The notes under the pieces: model-generated
Databases searched by the model: none
Told to the model about the DNA's origin: nothing
Seen by the model: only the letters and a program-made list of their open reading frames with translations
Program-made: the position numbers and the translations under genes
Assembly (NCBI GenBank): GCA_023229615.1
Contig: JALNYX010000003.1
Coordinates: 1-49,758 of the forward strand
Length of the DNA: 49,758 bases
Reading direction: 5' to 3'
From: Candidatus Moraniibacteriota bacterium
GTDB taxonomy: Bacteria; Patescibacteriota; Minisyncoccia; Moranbacterales; UBA9337
Shown here: positions 35,956-44,658 of the stretch, piece by piece
Position numbering within the stretch: the stretch's first letter is position 1
Layout of the letters: each line of letters begins with the position of its first letter

Positions 35956-37128
35956 TTATTTTCCAACAATTCTTTTTGCTAATTTTGGATATATATTTGA
36001 AGATTTAAATCGTTCAAAAATTAAACTAGCATCAGATCTTATCACAAATCCGTTAATAACTAAATTCTTTATTGACTTAACAAACTCATCAATAGTTTCA
36101 GGAAGAAACCCCCAATAATTATCTGCTATAACATCCTTTGGCCCCGGGGCAGGAAAAGCAATAACTGGTACATTTACAGACAATGCCTCTAAAATCGTAT
36201 AACCAAAAGTTTCATTTTTACTTGTTAATACCAACAAATTACATTGCGACAACAACGAAGGAATATATTCATTATTAACATATCCGTGAATTGTGATATT
36301 TATCCCCTCGTTTGACATTTTATCAAAAATACATTTATCAGGACCCTCCCCGATAATGTGCCACATAATTTTATTTTCAATATCCTTATTGCATTTTTCA
36401 ATAATTTCCTTTAGATAAAGAACGCCCTTGTCTTTAGACAGTCTACCAATCCAAGCTATATGATAAAAATCATCCACAGATTGCATCCCAAATTTATATG
36501 TTTGTAAATTTTTTAAAAAAATATCATGCTGGAATGAATTTGGTATAAGAAAAACATTATCCGAAAATCCGTATTTACATAAAATTTCCTTGTCATAAGT
36601 ATTCAATACATGAAACTGCCTGACTCCTTTAGTTAAAAATTTATAAAAAAACTTTCCATATAAAAAATTATGTATTTTTTCATGCATTGATATGCAACTT
36701 TTAAAATGTAGCTGGGTATGGCATCCAAATGTTATAGGTGGGATATTTTTATATCCAATAAAAAATTTTAAAAAGAATGCTTCTACTATTTCATTTTTTG
36801 TATAAATCACATCATACTCCTTTAATATTTCCCTTAAATTAATAAAAGACGTTGCCCTTCTGTATAAAATTCCATTTAATTTTTTTTCTATTTCTTCATT
36901 ATTAAAATAATTACTGACTTTATTTTTTTTTCTCAAATAATAAAAATTTAAAAGATTACTAAATTTTCTAGAAAAATTTTCATCCATTGTTATGATGTCG
37001 ACATGTGCTAATTCATGTTTTTTAACGAATAGAGCAAACTCTAGAAAAAATTTTTCTAGACCACCACGATAACCGAACCCTGTTAACTTGAATAATGCAA
37101 TTTTTTTCTTTCTATATAACTTTTTCAT
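35956..37128 (-). CDS. GT4 glycosyltransferase
   Basis: TSKNETFGYTILEALSVNVPVIAFPAPGPKDVI motif. Confidence 0.8.
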   Translation of the reverse strand: MKKLYRKKKIALFKLTGFGYRGGLEKFFLEFALFVKKHELAHVDIITMDENFSRKFSNLLNFYYLRKKNKVSNYFNNEEIEKKLNGILYRRATSFINLREILKEYDVIYTKNEIVEAFFLKFFIGYKNIPPITFGCHTQLHFKSCISMHEKIHNFLYGKFFYKFLTKGVRQFHVLNTYDKEILCKYGFSDNVFLIPNSFQHDIFLKNLQTYKFGMQSVDDFYHIAWIGRLSKDKGVLYLKEIIEKCNKDIENKIMWHIIGEGPDKCIFDKMSNEGINITIHGYVNNEYIPSLLSQCNLLVLTSKNETFGYTILEALSVNVPVIAFPAPGPKDVIADNYWGFLPETIDEFVKSIKNLVINGFVIRSDASLIFERFKSSNIYPKLAKRIVGK

Positions 37129-38191
37129 ATAAATAATCCCTGTTAAATTTTAAATAAAAATCTCTTGCTTTAAAATAAAAATTATCTGTGCGAAAGTTTT
37201 TAATTTTCATCTTTAATACACTAATTTCCATTTTATCAAAAACAATGCCCAATGAATTATCTTTAATAAACTTAGCTATCTCTGGTACATTTGACATAAA
37301 AACAGGAATTCCACAAGCAACATATTCACCCACCTTTGATGGAGAACAATAATAAGTCCATTTTGATTGAAGATTATAAGGAGCTAGCCCGATTCCATCG
37401 AATTTTTTTAAATATTCTAGCACAAATTCATGGGACTTTTGATAATGAGTTTCAACATTGATATTTTTATCTTTACACAAATCCAGCACTCGCTCCCAAT
37501 CATCACCTTGGCCTATAATAACAAGTTTTTTGATTTCAGAATGTAAAACATTAAGCAAATCAAATAATCCATGCTCCTTAGTAACACTACCAACATAAAT
37601 AAATTTATCTTTTTTAATATCTTTTTTAATAAATTCTGGCTCATCAATAAATATACCATTTGGAATAACCATACTCTTCTCCTTTTTTAATCCAAGTTTG
37701 ATCCTAGCCCGCTCTGCACGCTTTGTATTTGAAATTACAATATCACTATATTTCAAAGCTACTATTTCTATTAAATAATATACCTGATTCAATGCCCAAT
37801 TTTTATGAAATCTATCCTCAGAATAATCAGATGCAAAAAATATGATTTTCTTTACTCTTTTTCTTAATATATATTTTACTAAAATTCCGCTAAGAGTATC
37901 GAAATTATTAGCTCCAATAAAAACATCGAACTTAGTTTTTTTCAAATATTTTAAGGAAATATAAATATCTTTTATAAAATTATAAATACTCATCTTCCTC
38001 CTTTGTATTCTCGTAATTTCCTTTAAATTTTCATAAAAAAATGTTGATTCATTTTCATATTTATCCAGAGGATGCGAAAGCCTGCTAACAAAGTATCCTT
38101 TACGAAGCAAATATGCCTCAAGATAGTTAACCGATCCACTCTTTTTGTTTGCATGATTTAAGATAAAAATCTTCAATTCTCTATTTTTCAT
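37112..38191 (-). CDS. GT4-like glycosyltransferase
   Basis: YCSPSKVGEYVACGIPVFMSNVPEI. GT-B layout. Overlaps both neighbouring genes. Confidence 0.7.
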   Translation of the reverse strand: MKNRELKIFILNHANKKSGSVNYLEAYLLRKGYFVSRLSHPLDKYENESTFFYENLKEITRIQRRKMSIYNFIKDIYISLKYLKKTKFDVFIGANNFDTLSGILVKYILRKRVKKIIFFASDYSEDRFHKNWALNQVYYLIEIVALKYSDIVISNTKRAERARIKLGLKKEKSMVIPNGIFIDEPEFIKKDIKKDKFIYVGSVTKEHGLFDLLNVLHSEIKKLVIIGQGDDWERVLDLCKDKNINVETHYQKSHEFVLEYLKKFDGIGLAPYNLQSKWTYYCSPSKVGEYVACGIPVFMSNVPEIAKFIKDNSLGIVFDKMEISVLKMKIKNFRTDNFYFKARDFYLKFNRDYLYEKVI

Positions 38192-39020
38192 ACTTCGATA
38201 TATTTATCAAATACCCAACTCCTCCAAACCCAAACTCACAAGTCTTCATAAACAACATACCAAGACCCACAAGCGGATGGCGAAACAGTTTTTTTGGATT
38301 ACTTAAAAATAATTTATAACGTGAAACGATTCCCGTCTGATGACCAACATTTTCCCTATGCTTGGAATTTTTTGCATATTTCGCAAACTCTCCGGCATAA
38401 TAATATTTTTTCTTCACCGTTTTCCACAAATCAATCCTCCCCTCATTATGATCCAAAAATTCATCCGTCCTCACAATCTTTCCCAATTCCCCAATCCTCT
38501 GCGACAAATCCCAATCCTCCCCGCTCGTCATCTTTTCATTATAGCCTCCAACCCGCAAAAAGTCATCCCGATAGAAAAATCTCGCCGCCTCCATCCAATC
38601 AATCCCCACATAGAAACTCTTCTCCAATGATTTGCACTTTGCCCAAAAACCTTCTCCGATCGAACGCTCTGGAATAATCACCGCCCTCACTTCTTCATCC
38701 TTTTCCATTCTTTCCACACAACCCTCAATAACCTTCGGAGTCAGCTCCATATCAGAATCAATCACCAAAACATATTTCCCACTGGCATTTTTCACTCCCA
38801 AATTTCTTTGCGCGCAACGATGATCTCCAATTTTATCAAAAACAAAAACCTTGTCCGTATATTCCTTTGCAATTTGAACATCATCCAATTTGCTATTTCC
38901 ATCAACCACAATAATTTCAATATTTGGATAAGTTTGCTTTTTCAAACAATCCAAACATCGACGCAAAAGTTCTGAACGATCACGAGTAGGAATGATAATT
39001 GAAACTAAATCTTTTTCCAT
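38181..39020 (-). CDS. GT2 glycosyltransferase
   Basis: VSIIIPTRDRSELLRRCLDCL...IIVVDGNS...VIDSDMEL motifs. Confidence 0.85.
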   Translation of the reverse strand: MEKDLVSIIIPTRDRSELLRRCLDCLKKQTYPNIEIIVVDGNSKLDDVQIAKEYTDKVFVFDKIGDHRCAQRNLGVKNASGKYVLVIDSDMELTPKVIEGCVERMEKDEEVRAVIIPERSIGEGFWAKCKSLEKSFYVGIDWMEAARFFYRDDFLRVGGYNEKMTSGEDWDLSQRIGELGKIVRTDEFLDHNEGRIDLWKTVKKKYYYAGEFAKYAKNSKHRENVGHQTGIVSRYKLFLSNPKKLFRHPLVGLGMLFMKTCEFGFGGVGYLINISKYEK

Positions 39021-39030
39021 AATAATGAAT

Positions 39031-39142
39031 AGTCTATAATGTCTTAATGTCTATAAAGTCAAAAGTCGGAATATAGTCGAAAGTCTATAATGTCGTAATG
39101 TCGACTTTACGGACTCGATAACTTTACGGACTCGATAACTTT
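39031..39142. repeat. Cryptic GTC-periodic simple repeat, followed by a perfect 17-bp tandem duplication spanning the stop codon of the GT4 gene
   Basis: The words tataatgtc, ttaatgtc, tataaagtc, aaaagtc, gaaagtc, tataatgtc and gtaatgtc fill 39031-39103. actttacggactcgata occurs at 39104-39120 and 39121-39137, plus a partial third copy. Confidence 0.8.
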
Positions 39143-40282
39143 CTTGAAATCTTCATAACTTTTATCAAAATTAACATCCTTACTCCAAGCATGAGCGGCT
39201 CTTCTATTTTTTTCATATTCATCTCCATCAGAAAGCAACTTCACGATATTTTCTGCTAAATTTTCCGGAGTATTTTCCCGACATATCAAACCCGTTTCCC
39301 CATCCCGCACACTATCACGCAAACCATCCACATCATATACCACTGCCGGAGTACCCTGACTATTGGCTTCCGTCACCACCAACCCCCAACCCTCCTTTAT
39401 CGAAGTCGCACAAATCAAATGCGATTTTCGCATCAACTCCTCCCGCTCCTCATCAGAAGTCCTACCCAGCACACTGATAGAATCTTTGAATTCAGATTTT
39501 TCTATCATTGCCAGCACCTTTTTTCCAAAACTATCACTAGCATCGCCGGAAACCAACAACCTCAAATCCTTGATCTTTCCCTTGGCGATTTCAAAAGCCC
39601 TCACGATTTGATCCGTCCGCTTCATCGCCCGCACCGCACCCAGAGAAAGAACAGTCGGCATTTCATACTTCGCGGACTTTTGACTTTCAAATTCCAACTC
39701 ATCTATCGGCGCAATAATAGTTCCCTCACTGATAATATGAATATTCTCTTTTTTAAATCCGTATTTCAACAAATCCTTTTTCGTACTTTCCGAAACCGTA
39801 ATCACCTGCGGTGAGTCAAAAGTCTTGAAAGTCCATAAAGTCGAAAGTTGGAATCCGGAACTCAGTAACCACAAATACACAGGCTCCAATAAATATCCCA
39901 TCAAACTAAACGGAAAAAACAACTGATAAAACCAAATCTCCCGGCACAACTGATGAATAAAAATAATATTCCTTTCTTTAACATAAAATCTGGCAAAAAA
40001 AGGAGCTGTATTGATTTCATCAATTACCAAATCCGCTTGCCCTCTCAAATTTTTCAAATAATATATCATCGCCCATAAATATACCGTGTAGCGATTTCCC
40101 ATACGGATTATTTTATAACCATCCACCATTTCCACCTCCTTGCACCCGACAAAACTACCCACCAAAAAAGTAAGCGTATGACCATCCGCCACCAAGCGTT
40201 TCGCCAACTCCTCATTCACCACTTCCGCCCCGCCAGCCAAAGGGTTTTTCAAATCTTTCCATGTGAACCACAAAATTTTCAT
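39107..40282 (-). CDS. GT4 glycosyltransferase
   Basis: MKILWFTWKDLKNPLAGGAE N-terminus. SIKEGWGLVVTEANSQGTPAVVYDVDGLRDSV. The ORF-track start at 40297 runs into the inverted repeat, so Met 40282 is preferred. Confidence 0.85.
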   Translation of the reverse strand: MKILWFTWKDLKNPLAGGAEVVNEELAKRLVADGHTLTFLVGSFVGCKEVEMVDGYKIIRMGNRYTVYLWAMIYYLKNLRGQADLVIDEINTAPFFARFYVKERNIIFIHQLCREIWFYQLFFPFSLMGYLLEPVYLWLLSSGFQLSTLWTFKTFDSPQVITVSESTKKDLLKYGFKKENIHIISEGTIIAPIDELEFESQKSAKYEMPTVLSLGAVRAMKRTDQIVRAFEIAKGKIKDLRLLVSGDASDSFGKKVLAMIEKSEFKDSISVLGRTSDEEREELMRKSHLICATSIKEGWGLVVTEANSQGTPAVVYDVDGLRDSVRDGETGLICRENTPENLAENIVKLLSDGDEYEKNRRAAHAWSKDVNFDKSYEDFKKVIESVKLSSP

Positions 40283-40290
40283 AAATGTCT

Positions 40291-40774
40291 GAACCACTGA
40301 TTCTCACGTGATTTTATTGATTGCACGTGATTAGAGTTTCGTTATTTTACATATCTCTTAACTTCTAAACTTCTAGCACCAAAATTTATCAGCAAACCCA
40401 GCTTAACCTTATAGGCTTCGATGTAGTTTATTAGCTGAGCGATGTTCACATCTTCTAGTTTTGTTATCGCCTTCAACTCAACCATAACATCTCTGTCAAC
40501 CAAAAAATCAACTCTTCTAGTGCCGACCAATTGTTCTTCGTAGAAAATATCCATTTCTTTTTCACGTTCAAACTTCAATCCCTCTTTTTCAAATTCAATC
40601 GCCAATGATCTTTGATAGATAACCTCCTGAAAACCATTGCCCAGGGTACGATGCACCTTCTGCGCGCATTTGATAATCTTTCCCGTCACATCTGACTTAT
40701 AATATTTTTCATCTATATAATTATCCATAAAAATCATGTGTACTTATGTGTAAATCAGTGAGAATCAGTGGTTC
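40291..40774 (-). mobile_element. 484-bp cassette: GxxExxY gene bounded by 17-bp perfect inverted repeats
   Basis: GAACCACTGATTCTCAC at 40291-40307 and its exact reverse complement at 40758-40774. The match extends to 23 of 24 positions with one gap. Confidence 0.45.
40342..40737 (-). CDS. GxxExxY family protein (PD-(D/E)XK nuclease-like fold)
   Basis: LGNGFQEVIYQRSL (GxxExxY), RVDFLVDRDVMVELKA (D...ExK) and LINFG motifs. 131 aa. Confidence 0.8.
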   Translation of the reverse strand: MIFMDNYIDEKYYKSDVTGKIIKCAQKVHRTLGNGFQEVIYQRSLAIEFEKEGLKFEREKEMDIFYEEQLVGTRRVDFLVDRDVMVELKAITKLEDVNIAQLINYIEAYKVKLGLLINFGARSLEVKRYVK

Positions 40775-40779
40775 TGACT

Positions 40780-42135
40780 TTATCTGTGGTTCACGATCTC
40801 CCAATGCCCGCCTTTGTCTGGACCGATTCTTTTGATGAGTCCTTTCTCTTTCAACCTTGCAATATCTCTCTTGATGGTTTTTTCATTTACCTGCAACTCT
40901 TTCGCAATTTCAGAAATAGCAATATCATTTTTGCTTTCTACTAAACGCATAATCAGATCAGCCCTTTCAGGGACATTTTCAGGGACATTTTCAGGGACAT
41001 TTTCAGGGACATTTTCAGGGACATTTTTCCTGCGTTTCCAAAAAACAATCACAAAAGCCCCTGATCTTTCAGAAAAATCAGGCATCTCATTGCCATTCTT
41101 TTCACACTCTTCAATTATCCGTTGGAAGCCTGCTCCCCAATTTTCTACCAATTCAATTTGATGAAAAATTTCCACCAACTTTTTGTTTCTCGGGATAGAT
41201 CTGTTTTCAGTGAGAATACTTTTTATATTAATCTCTTTAGGTAAAAGCCCTGGACTCCAAATTTCAAGAGAATTATCAAAAATTCTAATTTGAATATTCC
41301 CCGGATCATTATAGTCCCGATGAATAAGCGCATTAATGACTGCTTCGCGCAGAGCTAAGAGTGGATAATCCCAAACTTCATCTCTTTTTGGCTTTCCAGT
41401 CATGACAAATTCCGTATTGATGTGTCGCTTGATGAAATCCATCGTTTCGTCAACGGCGCGAATAATGTTTCCGTCAAATTCTTTTTCGTCCAAAAATTTG
41501 GCAACACTTTCCCCTTTAAACCTTGCCGCCTTCACAATGACATTGTGCATCTCAGTATTGTTTTTTACAAAACAAAGATAGCCAGCATTGGTAATTTTAT
41601 TTTTTACTATCAACCCAATCTTTTTCAAAAAATCAATTGAGGAAACGACCTTAAGCTTGTAATATTCTTTGTTTACCCTCTCAATAAGTCTATCATCAAA
41701 TTCGACTTTTTTAGAATCTTTTTCCAAATACATTTTGTCGAAATCCGATAAGGCATATCTTTTTATTAACTCCCTCACTTCCGTTTGAGACATTTTTTGG
41801 TTGGTTTTTCCGACTCTCATATATGCCCTATCAAAAGCAAACACGGGCTTATTGTCAGATTCCGAGACTTCAATCTCCACGATTTCACCCAAGCCGAAAG
41901 TTTTAACATTTATGGATGGGTACAGAATTGGATCAGTATGATTTTTTATTTTATTGGCGAAATCTTCAATAGTGCTTTTTCCGAGCTGAATTTCACTAGC
42001 CACGCCATCATCTTTCATACCGATAACAACCTTTCCGCCTTTTCTATTGGCAAAGGCGCAAAGAGCAACGATCGCCTCTTTCCATTCAGAAAATGAAGTT
42101 TTTAATTCAATTTTTTCAGATTCTTTTAATTTCAT
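40780..42135 (-). CDS. AlbA_2 (Schlafen-like) plus HATPase_c_4 plus C-terminal wHTH protein (family often annotated as a RecG-like putative DNA-binding/ATP-binding regulator)
   Basis: ESEKIELKTSFSEWKEAIVALCAFANRKGGKVVIGMKDDG (AlbA_2). LREAVINALIHRDY. C-terminal ISEIAKELQVNEKTIKRDIARLKEKGLIKR. Confidence 0.8.
   Translation of the reverse strand: MKLKESEKIELKTSFSEWKEAIVALCAFANRKGGKVVIGMKDDGVASEIQLGKSTIEDFANKIKNHTDPILYPSINVKTFGLGEIVEIEVSESDNKPVFAFDRAYMRVGKTNQKMSQTEVRELIKRYALSDFDKMYLEKDSKKVEFDDRLIERVNKEYYKLKVVSSIDFLKKIGLIVKNKITNAGYLCFVKNNTEMHNVIVKAARFKGESVAKFLDEKEFDGNIIRAVDETMDFIKRHINTEFVMTGKPKRDEVWDYPLLALREAVINALIHRDYNDPGNIQIRIFDNSLEIWSPGLLPKEINIKSILTENRSIPRNKKLVEIFHQIELVENWGAGFQRIIEECEKNGNEMPDFSERSGAFVIVFWKRRKNVPENVPENVPENVPENVPERADLIMRLVESKNDIAISEIAKELQVNEKTIKRDIARLKEKGLIKRIGPDKGGHWEIVNHR
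40968..41027. repeat. Perfect 12-bp tandem repeat x5 (cagggacatttt) encoding (ENVP)5 in the linker before the wHTH
   Basis: Five identical units counted base by base. In-frame (12 nt). Confidence 0.95.
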
Positions 42136-42146
42136 AGTAAATTATA

Positions 42147-43079
42147 TTACTTTTTATTCCTAACTATATATATCGGACGGTTGATTGCTTCGCTGTGAAT
42201 ATGACCGATGTAAAAAGCCAGCAAACCGATAGATATCAACACTCCTCCGATAAGAAACAACGTTATGTTTGCCAAAATCGCCGTACCGGAAAAATTCATC
42301 CCCCAATCAACAATATACCGGTCGACAAACATTATCACTCCCAATGTGCCTGCCGCAAAAACAATAAAAATTCCCATATATCCGGCAATTCGCAGTGGCA
42401 ACATACTCAAAGAAATAATACTCGTAAAAGCCAACTGGCATAACTTGAAAGTACTATAACTCGCCTCTCCCTCCACCCGCTCATTCGCCTCAAACAACAA
42501 CACCTCCCGCTTGAATCCCAACCAATCAATCAACCCCCGCGTCATCCGATTGTGTTCCGGCAAATCATTGAAAGCATCAATCACAATCCTATCCAACAAA
42601 CGATAATCCGTTGCCTGAGGAATAACCGGCACATCAGAAATCAACTTGATAATTTTATAAAAAATCCTTCCGCCCAATTTCTTGCACATCGAATCGCTCT
42701 TGCTCGCTTTGCGCACCCCAATAACCACTTCCGCCCCATTCTCCCATCTTGCTATAAATTCCGGAAAAAGTTCAATCGGATGTTGCAAATCAGCATCCAC
42801 CATAATACACGCGTCACCATTGCAATTGTTGATTCCTGCCGTCGTCGCCATTTCCTTGCCAAAATTGCGAGAAAAATCAATGAACTTGACCACCGGGTCG
42901 ACACTCGCCAACTTTTCAATCTCACCAGCAGTATCATCCACACTTCCGTCGTTTATGAAAATAATCTCAAAAGCATATCTGTCAGAAAGCTTCTGAAAAA
43001 TCTTTTTCAACTCAGCATACACCAGCGGAACGTTTTTTTCCTCATTGTAAGTTGGGATAATAATAGAAATCAGTTTCAT
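42147..43079 (-). CDS. GT2 polyprenol-phosphate glycosyltransferase (GtrB/ArnC-like) with two C-terminal TM helices
   Basis: ISIIIPTYNEEKNV...FINDGSVDDT...VDADLQHP. C-terminal hydrophobic pair. Confidence 0.85.
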   Translation of the reverse strand: MKLISIIIPTYNEEKNVPLVYAELKKIFQKLSDRYAFEIIFINDGSVDDTAGEIEKLASVDPVVKFIDFSRNFGKEMATTAGINNCNGDACIMVDADLQHPIELFPEFIARWENGAEVVIGVRKASKSDSMCKKLGGRIFYKIIKLISDVPVIPQATDYRLLDRIVIDAFNDLPEHNRMTRGLIDWLGFKREVLLFEANERVEGEASYSTFKLCQLAFTSIISLSMLPLRIAGYMGIFIVFAAGTLGVIMFVDRYIVDWGMNFSGTAILANITLFLIGGVLISIGLLAFYIGHIHSEAINRPIYIVRNKK

Positions 43080-43095
43080 ATGTTTTATAGAGTCA

Positions 43096-44382
43096 TTAAG
43101 ACTTTCGACTCTGTGTCTGAATTATTAAAAAATATATTCCAGCGAGAATGGCAACAGCTTGGGCGACGATATTGATCACCAACATTGAAATTATGCTCTT
43201 ACCGAAAAATATGAACGATGCCAGCGCGACAAGTGCGATTACCAAGAACACATAGGATATTTTTGTTTTATGCAGGGAAAGCAAATATTGGTAAATAATA
43301 TTGGAAACGGAAAACAAAGCCACCACAACCGCAAACCAACCGAGAAGAGGCGCTGTTTCTTGATATTTTCCGCCGAAAAGAATATTCAAAATAACGCCGG
43401 GATAGAAAAAATAAACAGCCGTGACAAAAGAAGAAGCCAAGACAACCAACGCCAACGCAGTCTGAAAAATGTGGCGGGAGGACGCGCCCTTGTGACTGTT
43501 TTCAGACGACATCGAAAAAAGCACACTCGCCATCACTCCGGTGGCAAAAAATATTATCTTGGAAGCCACCGTCAACGCGCCATATTGCCCGGCAACGGAC
43601 GCATCCAAACTATGTTTTGCCAGTACCATATCCGCATAACCGAGAATATTCACCGCCAGGCTACCGGCAAAAACCGGCATCACATAATGCTTGAGCGCTT
43701 TCAAATCAACTGATTTTTCGCATTGAATTTCTTGGGAAGATTTTTTCATCACGCTCGATTTGAGAAACATCAAAGTTGCCACATATCCGGACAAAGTCGC
43801 CAACACCAAACTGCCGACAATTCCATTCAAAGCAAATCCAAAACCCACCAACGCAACACCAAAAACAAATTTGACTCCGGTCGAAATCACACTCGCCAAA
43901 CTCGTCTGCGTGAATTTTTGCCAGCCACTCAAAAGACCGCTATTGACGGCATTGAAAAATGAAACATACATTGAGATCCAAATCAAAATAAGAGCGAAAC
44001 TGCTGTTCACATTCAAAAATTTTCCGATAAAAGGCGTTGCAATTACTGCCAAAAGAAAAATGGGAAATCCGTATTTGAAAACTTTTTTGTTGAGATATCC
44101 GAGAATTTCTCCGCTACCGCCGGCATTGTCTTCCGCTTTGCAAGAGGCGGCATATTTGGTTGCCACCATCGTGAGCGTGGCGGCCGGAACAGAAATAATC
44201 GCAATGAGAGAAATCAAAGACTCCGCTTCACCATATACCTCGGCGCTCACCTGTCGTCCGATTATCAAGTGAAAAACGTAATTGAACACATTTACCATCA
44301 AACCGCCCGCAAACAAAACAGCGCTGTTTTTCGCGAATGCGCCTTGTGAAGAAAATTTTATCTTAATATCCTGCCAATTCAT
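43096..44382 (-). CDS. Oligo/polysaccharide flippase (MOP/Wzx-like)
   Basis: 428 aa with about 12 TM helices, upstream of the GT2 gene. Confidence 0.75.
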   Translation of the reverse strand: MNWQDIKIKFSSQGAFAKNSAVLFAGGLMVNVFNYVFHLIIGRQVSAEVYGEAESLISLIAIISVPAATLTMVATKYAASCKAEDNAGGSGEILGYLNKKVFKYGFPIFLLAVIATPFIGKFLNVNSSFALILIWISMYVSFFNAVNSGLLSGWQKFTQTSLASVISTGVKFVFGVALVGFGFALNGIVGSLVLATLSGYVATLMFLKSSVMKKSSQEIQCEKSVDLKALKHYVMPVFAGSLAVNILGYADMVLAKHSLDASVAGQYGALTVASKIIFFATGVMASVLFSMSSENSHKGASSRHIFQTALALVVLASSFVTAVYFFYPGVILNILFGGKYQETAPLLGWFAVVVALFSVSNIIYQYLLSLHKTKISYVFLVIALVALASFIFFGKSIISMLVINIVAQAVAILAGIYFLIIQTQSRKS

Positions 44383-44417
44383 TTTTTCTTTGCTAAAAAT
44401 ATTAAAACCGCTAAATT

Positions 44418-44467
44418 AAAAACGAAAAAAACCGAACCAAACCAAGAAAGCCCGCAAGCTTCTTTGG
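44418..44467 (-). terminator. Probable intrinsic terminator, 190 nt downstream of the epimerase gene
   Basis: 10-bp stem ccaagaaagc/gcttctttgg (one mismatch, one G-T pair) with loop ccgcaa. On the minus strand it is followed by tttggttcggtttttttcgttttt. Confidence 0.4.
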
Positions 44468-44658
44468 TCTAAGTCGGTTTTGCCATTCGGCTCATCATGT
44501 TTCATCAGCAACCAATTATTTCAGAAAAGGATACAAGAATTTCTCGCATGGATCACAGCCACTTATTATTTTTTACTTTTTTCAGATTACAAGAAAAAAC
44601 CAAAAATGTCAAATCGGCATCCCTACATTCTAATCTGAATTGCAACATTATTTATTTT

